Assembly: GCF_046119375.1 (NCBI RefSeq)
Contig: NW_027362763.1
Location: 240,684,001-240,748,000, forward strand
Source: Phyllobates terribilis
Taxonomy: Eukaryota
Reading direction: 5' to 3'
Length of the DNA stretch: 64,000 bases
In this document: positions 38,172-49,332 of the stretch, piece after piece
Numbering within the stretch: the stretch's first letter is position 1
Layout of the letters: every line of letters starts with the position of its first letter
Notes under the pieces: generated by a model
Databases searched by the model: none
What the model saw: the letters and a program-made list of their open reading frames with translations, nothing else
What the model was told of the DNA's origin: nothing
Program-made: the position numbers and the translations under genes

Positions 38172-38616
38172 GTACAGCGGAGTAGGTGCTGTAAATAGTT
38201 ACCCGATCGGGGTATAAAGAAACTGTTACTGCAAATATAGTCCCCGTTGGGACCAGCTGAGTGAACTGTTTACCAGTTTACCCTTAATCCCACAGGCTGA
38301 GGACTGTGAGCAGCCATTCCCTTTCCCTCCTTAACTGGCCGAGGACTGAGAGCGGCCATATCCCTTGTATATAGTTGCGCTTCCTAAAGCGCCCCCTACC
38401 GGTTTTATAGGAAAACCATTTTTCTAGAAAGACTGTCGCACTTTGCCCGGTCAACAGTTGCACAGTGACCGGAGGAGAAACAAGAGACGACGAGAATGTT
38501 TTATCTGAAAAGTTTTATATATATATAATGTTTTATATGTTTTATATGTTTATGGAAAAAATTTTGTATGTTTTTGGTGTTATGTCTTACAGCCCGAGGA
38601 CGTGCTGTGATTTACC

Positions 38617-38625
38617 AGGGGGGAA
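38617..38625 (+). promoter_or_regulatory. Polypurine tract
   Basis: AGGGGGGAA directly abuts the 3' LTR TGTAGC. Confidence 0.85.
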
Positions 38626-39810
38626 TGTAGCACCCTGAGGATTCGGCTGCTACAGGGGTATTGCACCTCAACCCAGAGGTGTGATATTCCACTCCCGGGT
38701 AAGGATGGAGTGTGGATCTGAGCTCGGTAGGCTGCATGCACTACACACATCCCATTTCCGAGGAGCAGACCGACGGTACTCCCACTTAGAAATGTGCAGG
38801 TACAACCGAGTCTGTTCCTGGCTGGAGTGGGAGGGGGGTGGAACATCCCAAGTAGTGTAGGGGCAGATAGGGGGAGCAGCCTGGGTAAAGATAGGAGCTC
38901 ATTGGGTGCTGGTCACCTGAGCTCACACATAGAGGGTGTATATAAGGTGGGCACCAACTAAGAACAGGGTCAGTTGCAGAGAGAAAGTCAGCGAGCGGAG
39001 GAGAAGAGAGACCCAGAGTGAGAGAGGAGAAAGAGAGACCCAGAGGGGGAAACAGAAGAAAAGGACTCCAAGAACCCAACTTAAATCCCCGGGTGAAGAG
39101 TCGGCACAGGGTACCGGAACCCAAGCTGGTGGGGGCAAAAACACACCCCAGCCAGAGACCGGAGGCCGTGGGCAGCGTTTGCCACGGCCACCCACCACAT
39201 CCACCACGAAGGCACACCACGTGGAGGGTCAGGGAACCCAAGGCCAAGGGTCTCCCAACAGAAGGCCCGAGGGAGCTGGACCTGGGTGGATCTCTAGTGG
39301 GGACGGCCAGAGGAAAGGACAGAAGGAGAGCTCAGGGTCACGCTCCGGACTTATTTGGGGGTTGGCTGGATCCAGAACCTGGTGGACGCAGCACGGTTCG
39401 GGAGGTCACTCGAAGCTGGAGTGACCGGAACATCAGCAGTGAGTAAACATCCTAAACTGCATAACCCGACTCTGTCTCTGATTGCCGTCTACACTGCATC
39501 ACCACAACCCCCATCCTCTGCACCTGATCCCCCTGAGGCTATACCCCACCCGTTGGGGGTTATATCATCACAAGCTGCACCTGCACCATCAGCCTCAGCG
39601 GACCCTGCTGCAGCGGCGGCCATAGTGACCGCAACACAACGGGTGGCGTAGTCGACATTAAGAACTTAGTAACATCTGTAGGACTGCCACATACAACTCA
39701 GTTTGACACCCTGGGCACGGACCGGGTCACAGCCACTCGGAAGACTACAACCCCCATCTGATCCGGCTCCGGATATTCCCCCTAAAAGAATATGGCCCAG
39801 GGGGCGCGCA
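38626..39810 (+). repeat. 3' LTR (1185 bp)
   Basis: Copy of 34963-36148 at offset 3663. By eye only an A/G change (35702 vs 39365) and a 1-nt indel near the end were seen. Confidence 0.93.
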
Positions 39811-39990
39811 GTTGCGTGTATGTGTCTGCGTACCGTGTGTGCGTGCATGTGTCTGCGTACCGTGTGTGCGTGCATGTGTCTGCGTACTGTGTGTGCGTGC
39901 GCATGTCTGCGTACTGTGTGTGCGTGCGCATGTCTGCGTACCATGTGTGCATGTCTGCATACCGTGTGTGTGTGCGCATGTCTGCATGTG
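39811..39990. repeat. 27-bp minisatellite, right part
   Basis: Continues GTTGCGTGTATGTGTCTGCGTACCG exactly as in the uninterrupted variant unit at 34716-34740. Confidence 0.9.
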
Positions 39991-40964
39991 TGAAGGATGA
40001 GGTGGCAGGCTGGGCCCTGTGTACTATATATATATTTCTCCGCCGTATCTCTGCATCATGAATCGTGGTATGTGTTAAAGGGGCCCACTAAGACTCTTTC
40101 GCCCGGGGCCCAGAAAAACCTGAAGCCGGCCCTGGCTAGAATCATGGTCACTGCCCCTACATTATGCTGTTCTCAGATTACATAGCAAAAATCTGGCGAC
40201 AGATTCCCTTTAAACCTTGTACATGTGGCAGTATAACAACTCTGTATGGAGCTATAAAATACATCATCCATATAAATCTACGTGATTATTCTGTACCTCT
40301 GTATAATATGGATACAATTTCATCCAGGAACATAGTGCTTTTTTTCTTATTCATATGTAATCCAACTCTAAAAATTCATGACACGCTCCATTATATAGTG
40401 TATTATCTAGCAATTCACCTCTAGAAGGATTATATCATGCTGCCCAGAGTCACTATATGGCGGCACACACTGTGCCTGGCTCTATAGTATAGAACCTTTA
40501 TGTGCATCCAGTTCTGTAATATGTATAAATTGCTAGCTCCCTCTGAAACAGTAGGAAACCGTAGTGAACATGCTTTGGTGAAAGGCGTAGACATTATGCC
40601 TACATAACAAGAGAAAGGATAATAATACTCTTCTTATCATGCACATTGTACTGTGCTGACAGACAGGTATTTCTGTAACATTGGGAAGCATCCCATTATC
40701 TCAGTGTAAGGCCGGATTCATGTACAGTTGTCGAATGTCATCACATATCCAAGCTGTGCGGTAACGCAGGTCTCACACTATGATCTATCAATGACAATTC
40801 AGTAGAGATGTTTATCGATCTATTAGGTGGATGCACATGTGATTTATGACCCCCTATCATCCGGCAAGTCAGACATGAGAGCAAAGCACTGATGTAATGA
40901 GAACTTGAAGACATATTTTACTAATATAAGTAGATTCACTGTTGTAATAAGACATTATGATTAA

Positions 40965-41382
40965 AGGGAACCTGACAGCTGATACCTGCTTCCCAATCTG
41001 TAGGCATCATGTATCAGGCACCGGATGTATGAACTCAGCCATGTATGGTTGAGTCTGGAACACTGCAGCATTTAATAGTCACTGAGACCACGCTATAGAC
41101 TAGTCAGACAGGCGGTCCCTGGCGGCTTCTCCCCGCCCGCTGCCCTGCATTGACAGGTCTCTGCCTATACGCACATGTAGGCAGAGCAGCAGATGGGGAG
41201 ATACCACTGGGGACCTATCTGTCCAATTAGTCCATAGCGCCATCTTGGCGGCTAGAAAAGTATGCATTTCTCTAAAGCACCGCAGCGTTTAGAGTCACAC
41301 ATACATGGCTGACATCATACAGCTGGTGCCTGATGCATGCTGACCACGGATCCGGCAGCATGTATCAGCTGTCAGGTTCTCT
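40965..41382. mobile_element. TTAA-target MITE
   Basis: TTAA-AGGGAACCTGACAGCTGATAC ... GTATCAGCTGTCAGGTTCTCT-TTAA. Confidence 0.85.
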
Positions 41383-41404
41383 TTAAGTTTTTATGTAAAA
41401 GTTC

Positions 41405-42281
41405 GGACTTATGTGCCCACGATGCAGAAATGCTCAGGATTTTTCCTGAGCATTTCTGCATCTCCCTGGCAGAAAAAAAACGCATGCGGATTGTACATGC
41501 GGATTGTACATGCGTTTTCCTGCCAGGGACATGCGGAAATGGAGCGTTATTCACTGACATTTCCGCATGCGGATTGACAAGCGCTTTCCAAGCGATTAGC
41601 ATCACTTGGAAAGTGCTTGTGACAACTAGGTCACACTATATAAATCCATGCAAACGGATTGGTTAAAAATAAAAAAATAAATATATACTTACCCTCCGAT
41701 GGCCCCCGGTGTCCTGCTTTACACTCCGTTCTCCCTTGCCGGCAGCGGTGGATTGAAAGACCTGCCGACGTCAGCGTCGCGTGACCCGTCACATGACTCT
41801 GACGTCAGCGCAGGTCCTTCAATCCACTGCAAAGTGCCAGGAAGCAAGGAGGAGCGCAGCGCAGGCCGCCAGAAGGTAAATATACGTTTATTTTTTATTT
41901 TATTCTTTTTTTTACAGATTTTTTAATGGTACCTGGGTGTGGAGAAGAGTCTCCTCTCCTCTACACCCAGGTACCATCCGCACATTAGAACGCGCCAATT
42001 ACGCAAGTATAGATGCAGTCTTGCGGAATTGGCGCGTTCTAATGCAAGTCAATGGCGGCGAAAATGCAGCGAAAATGCAGCGCTTCCGCAAAATAATTGG
42101 TAGTGCTGCGTTTTTTTTCCACAATGATAATCCGCAGCGGAAATGTCCGCAGTATGTGCACAGCACATGCGGATTATCATTGGGGAACATGGCAGGCCTT
42201 CTACCATGCGTTTTTAATGCGTTTCCGCAGCTGCAAAAAGCCTGCAGAAACGCATTAAAAACGCATCATGGGCACACAGCC
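41405..42281. mobile_element. Harbinger-like non-autonomous element
   Basis: The right end CATCATGGGCACACAGCC-TTA mirrors the degenerate left end TATGTGCCCACGATGC; interior rich in TGCGG/CCGCA motifs. Confidence 0.6.
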
Positions 42282-42699
42282 TTAACAGAACATATACCGC
42301 CTGCCGTCTGCTTGGCAATATTCACAATCCTGAGGCTTGTGGGATCTGTACTTTAGTTTATCAACAGGGTCTGTTCATTTAAATCAGAAAGGAGACATTG
42401 TGACTTTTAAGACTGCACTATGGGAATTGTATACATTTCACAGGGGCCTGATACACTGCAGATACGGCTACTTTATACAAAGTTTTTCCATTGCTGTTGT
42501 AGATAATATTTTAAGTCAATACAACGTCTAAAAATAATTGATTAGATGTTAAAAATTACATTTATCATCTGTTACAACGGATAAGAGGTTCAATTATACA
42601 CATTCAAAAATCTTAGCCCAAAAACCCTGTTATAAAACTTTTTTTGGGAGAATATATGTACTTCTGATGCTTTTTCCAGGGCTTTTCAGAAGTACTACA

Positions 42700-43050
42700 T
42701 TGATGATCTATTATTAAGATAGGTCTTCAATATTAGATTAGTAAGGGTCTGACACCCAGCACCCCCACTGATCAGCTGTTTTCAGCTCCAGCGGTGGCCG
42801 AGTGTACACAGAGAGCAGAACAGCACTGCTCCGGTCACTGTGCAATGGCCATTCCCAGGTTCTCCAGCTCATGCTTCTATTCTTTTCTGTAGGAACAAAA
42901 CTTGGAAAGGCCTCTACACAATGAATGGAGCTGTGCTGTCCGGCTATGTACAGTGTTTACATCCAGCCGGCTCCAGATTTGAAAACAGCTGATAAGTGGG
43001 GTTGTCAGGTGTCGGACCCCCACCGGTCTGATGTTGATGACCTGTAGTAA
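42700..43050. mobile_element. Degenerate palindromic MITE
   Basis: GGGTCTGACACCCAGCACCCCCACTGATCAGCTGTTTTCA is mirrored by TGAAAACAGCTGATAAGTGGGGTTGTCAGGTGTCGGACCC. Ends are approximate. Confidence 0.55.
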
Positions 43051-43169
43051 ATGGAGAAATCCTGGCACTCACATATAATGAAGTTCTTTTAATCATTTTA
43101 CTAATTATGTGACTTCTGGAGGTAATTGGTCACTCAGAATGTTATTTAGGGCTATCAGACTACAGGAGG

Positions 43170-43349
43170 CTGAATACAAATGCACGTCACAATTTTCAGA
43201 TTTGTATTTTTAGAAAACCATGTATCATTTCCTTTACACGTGACAAATACTTGCTACTTTGTGTTGGTAATCACATAAAATCCCAATAAAACACATTTAA
43301 GTTTGGGGGTGTAATGTGAAAAAATGTGGAAAAGTTCACGGGGTATGAA
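43170..43349 (+). mobile_element. Isolated Tc1 right-hand TIR fragment
   Basis: Ends AAAAGTTCACGGGGTATGAATACTTTTTCAAGGCACTG, a typical Tc1 terminus. No transposase is attached. Confidence 0.7.
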
Positions 43350-44060
43350 TACTTTTTCAAGGCACTGTGGCTGTCTGTATTAAGCATTGATCACCCAAAC
43401 AGGAAATCAAAAATTTCATAGTCAATTGGGGTATTGCGATTGCAGCGTTACCAAACATATGTTTTTTTGATATTATTCTAATTTTGCCCAATAAAAAAAT
43501 TATCTTTTTTTAGGAAATATTTTATTTTTGTGTCTCTACATTCAAAAACCTATAACATTTTTATTTTTCCATTAGCAAAACTGTGTAAAGACTTCTTCTT
43601 TCTTGGACAACTTGCAGTATTCTTTGGTGCCATTTTGTGCTATGCACCTTTTTGATCACTTTTTATTTAGTCTTTGCAGCCCTTCACAGATCAGCAGATT
43701 GGGGTCCTAATGTTACTGTTATCACTCTAAAACTAAAGCATAAGGAAAGAGGACGAGAGCTGACAGTCTTTTTCCTGGAGAGGCTTTGCTGGCAGTTTTG
43801 CATTCATTTAAGAGACGTCTTTTTTTCTATGGTTTTAACTATAGCAAGCAAGTAGCTTCTTAGCTGCCCAAAGAATGAACGTGCTACTTCTTTTAAACAC
43901 TTCTCGGTTTCTAAACCATGAACCCAAAAAAAGTAGCAAAAACTGAACACAGCAATGTCATTTTGACATTATGTCCAGTTTTTATGGCGGTTTTGTGACA
44001 CTTTTTCAAGTGGATTCCAGGCGGAATTCACCTGAAAAAAATGCCATTTGCTCATACCCT

Positions 44061-44360
44061 TAAGGCCACCATACACATTAGATGACTGTCATCCTAACAA
44101 TGTTTTGGCCGGTCTTTTGACTAACAGCCATCTCAGCCGACTCTACTATACACTGGAGCACTCGTTTGGCAAAGTGTTCCTTTGTTCTCTATGGGAAAGC
44201 AGGCAGCTTATCTCTGGAAGAACAAAGTGATCGGCAGTCCAAAATTGGACATGCCCAATCAACCTCTCCCCTTACCATCAGTTGGCTTTCAATCCTATAC
44301 ACATTAGATTATCGGTTGAACCTTTCGATATCGGTAGGTTCGGCCAACGTTAGTCTAATG
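44061..44360. mobile_element. Harbinger-like MITE, degenerate
   Basis: Starts TTAAGGCCACCATACACATTAG; the partner CTAATG is near 44355. The right end is unclear. Confidence 0.45.
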
Positions 44361-46186
44361 CCTTTAATCTCATTTTACTTAAATCCATAATGATATAGAT
44401 TCATTTTACACAAATTAATTAAATTGTCGCCAATGTTGTGCATTTGCTAAGTTAGCTTTGACAGATACGCAGTGTATGTACGTGTACAAAGGAATCACTA
44501 GATGTTGAGTTCTTTTTGGCACATAAATCATTATAATTAATCAATTGATTAATACAACACACAATATAGCAGTGTAATATACATTAGGAAAATAGATATG
44601 ACTAATATCCTCATTTATATAGTATATTTAGTCATCATACATGTGAGGCTTCTTTTATACATTAAGGTTTTTCATGTCATCTTGCCATTACATGCTTTGG
44701 AAATAATGAATACAATGTTTTGCTCTTTCATATTGCATACCTTATACTTCAGGCGTTACTTACCTTTCCAATACCTTGATTTTTGCAATAATGAATCCTA
44801 CATACTTAACAATCCTAAGCATGCACATTCTTTTTCTGACAAGTAGCAAATTTTTCCTATATACCTGCATACACATGAAAAAACAATCTCTATGGAAGAC
44901 ACGCAGATTCTCTGTCAGCAGCTGCCTCGGGCTAACTAAAGCATTTTAATTGCAATATGTTCTGGACAAGTTTCGGATAGTCCACAGCTAGGTGCCGGTA
45001 ATTATGTGGAGAATAAAACTAATTTCAGCATACCCAGATGCATTTTTTATTAAAGTAGCTAATGCTTTATTTTAGTCTATACATTCTATTAAACTCATCA
45101 GCTAAAGACATCCAAACAATCTGTAGATCCAGAGCAAGGACAACGAGCCAACTAATGAAGCAGCTGCTCTTTACCCTGACATGGAAACATGGAAGAATTC
45201 TTTCCTAACCGTTGTATAAATAGCCACTGGAATAATTCCAACCAGATCTCAGTTCATTTGTTAGAGATTTCTAGAAAGGACATTCAATCCATTCTAACTC
45301 CAAATTTCCTATAGGTAATAGAGAAAGTAAAAAAAACAGAGGTCAAATACATATAGGTATACAAAATATAAAAGGACATATTTAAATAAATACCTAAATA
45401 AATACAGGTGCATCTCACTAAATTAGAATATCATCAAAAAGTTACCGTAATTTATTTCAGTTCTTCAATACAAAAAGTGAAACTCATATTATTTAGAGTC
45501 ATTACAAACAGAGTGATCTATTTCAAGTGTTTATTTCTGTTAATGTTGATGATTATGGCTTACAGCCAATGAAAACACAAAAGTCATTATCTCAGTAAAT
45601 TAAAATAATTAAGAAAAAACACCTGCAAAGGCTTTCTAAGCTTTTAAAAAGGTCCCTTAGTCTGTTTCAGTAAGCTCCACAATCACGGGGAAGACTGCTG
45701 ACTTGACAGATGTCCAGAAGGCAGTCATTGACACTCCACAAGGTCCCAGAGTTCCAATTTTCATTTGGAAATCAAGGCCCCAGAGTCTGGAGGAAGAGTG
45801 GAGAGGCCACAATCCAAGCTGCTTGAGGTCTAGTGTGAAGTTTCCACAATCAGTGATGGTTTAGGGAGCCATGTCATCTGCTGGTGTAGGTCCACTGTGT
45901 TTTATCAAGACCAAAGTCTGCACAGCTGTCTACCAGGAGATTTTAGAGCACTTCATGCTTCCCTCTGCCGACAAGCTTTTTGGAGATGGAAATTTCATTC
46001 TCCAGCAGGACTTGGCACCTGTTCACACTGCCAAAAGTACAAATACATGGTTTACAAACAACGGTACCACTGTGCTTGATTGGCCAGCAAACTTGCCTGA
46101 CCTTAACCCCATAATCTATGGGGTATTGTCAAGAGGAAGATGAGAGACACCAGACCCAACAATGCAGATGAGCTGAAGGCTGCTAT

Positions 46187-48581
46187 CATAGAATCATAGA
46201 ATCATAGAATCATAGAATGTAGAGTTGGAAGGGACCTCCTGGGTCATCTGGTCCAACCCCCTGCTCAAAGCAGGATTCACTAAATCATCTCAAACAGATG
46301 TCTGTCCAGCCTCTGTTTGAAGACGTCCATTGAAGGGGAACTCACCACCTCTCGTGGCAGCCTGTTCCACTCATTGATCACCCTCACTGTCAAAAAGTTT
46401 TTTCTAATATCTAATCTGTGTCTCCTCCCATTTAGTTTCATCCCATTGCTTCTAGTCTTTCCTTGTGCAAATGAGAATAAAGATGATCCTTCTACAATGT
46501 GACAGCCCTTGACATATTTGTAGACAGCTATTAAGTCTCCTCTCAGTCTTCTTTTTTGCAAGCTAAACATTCCCAAATCCTGCAACCGTTCCTCATAGGA
46601 CATGGTTTGCAGACCAGTCACCATTCTGGTCGCTCTTCTCTGAACTTGCTCCAGTTTGTCTATGTCTTTTTTAAAATGTGGTGCCCAAAACTGTACACAG
46701 TATTCCAGATGAGGTCTGACCAAAGAGGAGTAAAGTCCGATAATGACTTCACGTGATCTAGACTGTATGCTTCTGTTAATACATCCCAGAATTGTATTTG
46801 CCTTTTTTGCTGCTGCATCACACTGTTGACTCATGTTCAGTCTATGATCTATTAGTATACCTAAGTCTTTTTCACATGTACTGTTGCTTAGCTCTATTCC
46901 TCCCATTCTGTATATGCTTTTTTCATTTTTATTGCCCAGATGTAGTACTTTGCATTTTTCCCTGTTAAAAACCATTCTGTTGGTTGCTGCCCACTGCTCC
47001 AGTTTATTTAGGTCTTTTTGAATCCTCTCTCTCTCTTCTCTAGTATTAGCTATCCCTCCTAGCTTTGTGTCATCAGCAAATTTAATCAGTTTACCCTCAA
47101 TTCCTTCATCTAAATCATTGATAAAGATGTTGAACAATACAGGTCCCAGGATGGAGCCCTGTGGTACCCCACTTGAGACATTCATCCAGCTGGATGTGAA
47201 GCCATTTACAACCACCCTTTGAGTCCGATCACTAAGCCAGTTATGAATCCACCTAACAGTTGCCTAGTCCATTGCATACTTGGTCATTTTTTCAATAAGG
47301 ATGGTGTGAGATACTTTGTCAAATGCTTTGCTGAAGTAAAGATATACTATATCTACAGCATTTCCCTGATCCACCCAGTCAGTGATTCTGTCATAGAAGG
47401 AAATTAAGTTAGTCTGACATGACTTGTTAGTTACAAACCCATGCTGACTCTGGTTAATCACTTCATTCTTATCCATGTACTTACCTACATGTTGTTTAAT
47501 AATTTGTTCAAAGATCTTTCCTGGTATAGAAGTCAGACTCACCGGCCTATAGTTCCCTGGGTCCACCTTCTTCCCCTTTTTGAAGATAGGAACAACATTT
47601 GCTCTTCTCCAGTCTTCTGGGACTTCTCCTGTTCTCCAAGAATTTTCAAAGATTATGGAGAGTGGTTCTAAAATTTCTTCTACGATCTCCTTCAGTACTC
47701 TGGGGTGTAATTCATCTGGACCTGGAGACTTGAACTCATTTATGTTAGCTAAATATTCCCTCACAATCTTTCTGTTTACAGATAACTTGGATTCTTCTAT
47801 TCCTTTAAAACGACAGTGAAGATCAGTTGATGATACATTTTCTTTCTGAGAGAAAACAGATGCAAAATAGGAATTAAAAAGTTCGGCCTTCTCAACATCC
47901 TCTCTTACCATTTCTCCATTTTCATCCTGTAAAAATCCTATAGCATCTTTGACTTTTCTTTTACTTTTGACATACCCCCAAAATCCTTTTTTGTTGCTTT
48001 TGACATCTCTTGCAAGCCTTAATTCATTGTCAGCTTTAGCTAACCTGATACGTGCCCTACAGGATCTGCAGACTGCATTATAATCTTCTTTAGATATGCC
48101 TCCCTCTTTCCATTTAATAAACATTTCTTTCTTTCTTTTTAGCATGTGTTTAAGTTCTGTGTTCATCCATCCTGGTTTCCTTAAATGCTTCCCATTCTTC
48201 CTACTTTTCGGGATTGTTAACGATTGTGCTTTGAGAATCTCAGTTTTAAAAATTTCCCATCCTTCCTGGACATTTTTGTCCTTAAGGACATCCAGCCATT
48301 GGATCCCTCCTATTCTCTTTCTGAGTCTCTTAAAATCTGCCTTTCTAAAATCTAACCTTGAAGTTTGAGTCTTCACATGTCTTCCTCCTCTAGTTATCGA
48401 AAATTCTATAATAGCATGATCGCTGCCTCCTAGGGTCCCAGCCACCTTTACCTCCTCAACCATTTCATCCCTGTTTATAAGGATTAGATCCAAAGTAGCA
48501 GATCCCCTTGTTTTCTCCCCTACCTTTTGGAAGATAAAGTTGTCAGCAAGAGAGGATAAGAATTTGCTTGACCTGTTAGTT
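46187..48581 (-). mobile_element. 5'-truncated CR1 LINE
   Basis: (ATTCTATG)n 3' tail at 46187-46217 on the minus strand. ORF2 pieces 47264-48493 and 46280-47215 are in one frame, split by a CAG-to-TAG stop. RT motifs KFADD and QGSILGP present. Confidence 0.95.
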
Positions 48582-49332
48582 AGGTGTTATGGAAGCAACC
48601 TGGGCTTCCATAACACCTCAGCAGTGCCACAGGCTGATCGTCTCAATGCCACGCCGCATTAATGCAGTAATTGATGCAAAAGGAGCCCCGACCAAGTATT
48701 GAGTGCATTTACTGAACATACATTTCAGTAGGCCAACATTTCAGATTTTAAAAACATTTTTCAAGCTGTTGTTATAAAGTATTCTAATTTACTGAGATAA
48801 TGACTTTTGTGTTTTCATTGGCTGTAAGGCATAATCATCAACATTAACAGAAATAAACACTTGAAATAGATCACTCTGTCTGTAATGACTCTATATAATT
48901 GTTATGATCTGCTACAGGGACTAAGGAAAGACAGGAGAACTGTCCCTACAATAGAACTAAACTAGATCCCTACGATGTAACGGGGAACCTGATCCTGCGA
49001 TCAGACCCGCTAAAGTCCTCGGCTAGTCTGAACGAAGACCTATAGATGTGAGGGAGGGATCCCTACAAGAACTAGGGACTGGGATAAGTTGGACACCTCG
49101 TAGCAGAAATAGTAGCAGTCAAAGACAAACACACAACAAAAAGCATAGAGGTCAGAAGACCTAGCAAAACTAACAGAGAATGGCAACAGAGCACCAAGCT
49201 AGCTCAAGAGTAGTAAATACAATGAAGTCCAGCAAGACCAGGAGGGCGGAGCCGGATTAAATAGGCAAAAATGCACGTGACCAGCAAACTAAAAAAAACC
49301 TAACAGGAGAGTTCTAACAGTACCCCCCTCTT

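Larger units (their letters stand above)
34963..39810 (+). mobile_element. Young non-autonomous LTR element (Gypsy-type cis signals) encoding a cold-shock-domain protein
   Basis: TG...CA LTRs at 34963-36148 and 38626-39810; 4-bp TSD GTTG (34959-34962 and 39811-39814); tRNA-Ser PBS; PPT; 2477-bp interior with one long ORF and no RT, RNase H, integrase or protease motifs. Confidence 0.93.
33623..40134 (+). mobile_element. Non-autonomous hAT element containing minisatellites and the LTR element
   Basis: Ends CAGGGCCCGCG / GCCGGCCCTG; 8-bp TSD GCTAGAAT (33615-33622 and 40135-40142). Both subterminal regions match 22211-23841. Confidence 0.92.
33236..40209. mobile_element. TTAA-target MITE split by a 6.5-kb hAT insertion
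   Basis: TTAA-AGGCAATCTGTCAGCAGG ... GCGACAGATTCCCT-TTAA. The uninterrupted relative at 54021-54450 shows the empty site (CTAGAATCAGG). Confidence 0.85.

Noticed and set aside
34963-39810. DIRS/Ngaro or segmental-duplication explanation for the 1.19-kb repeats
   Set aside because: TG...CA ends, a 4-bp TSD, a tRNA PBS and a PPT indicate an integrase-type LTR element. No tyrosine recombinase is present.
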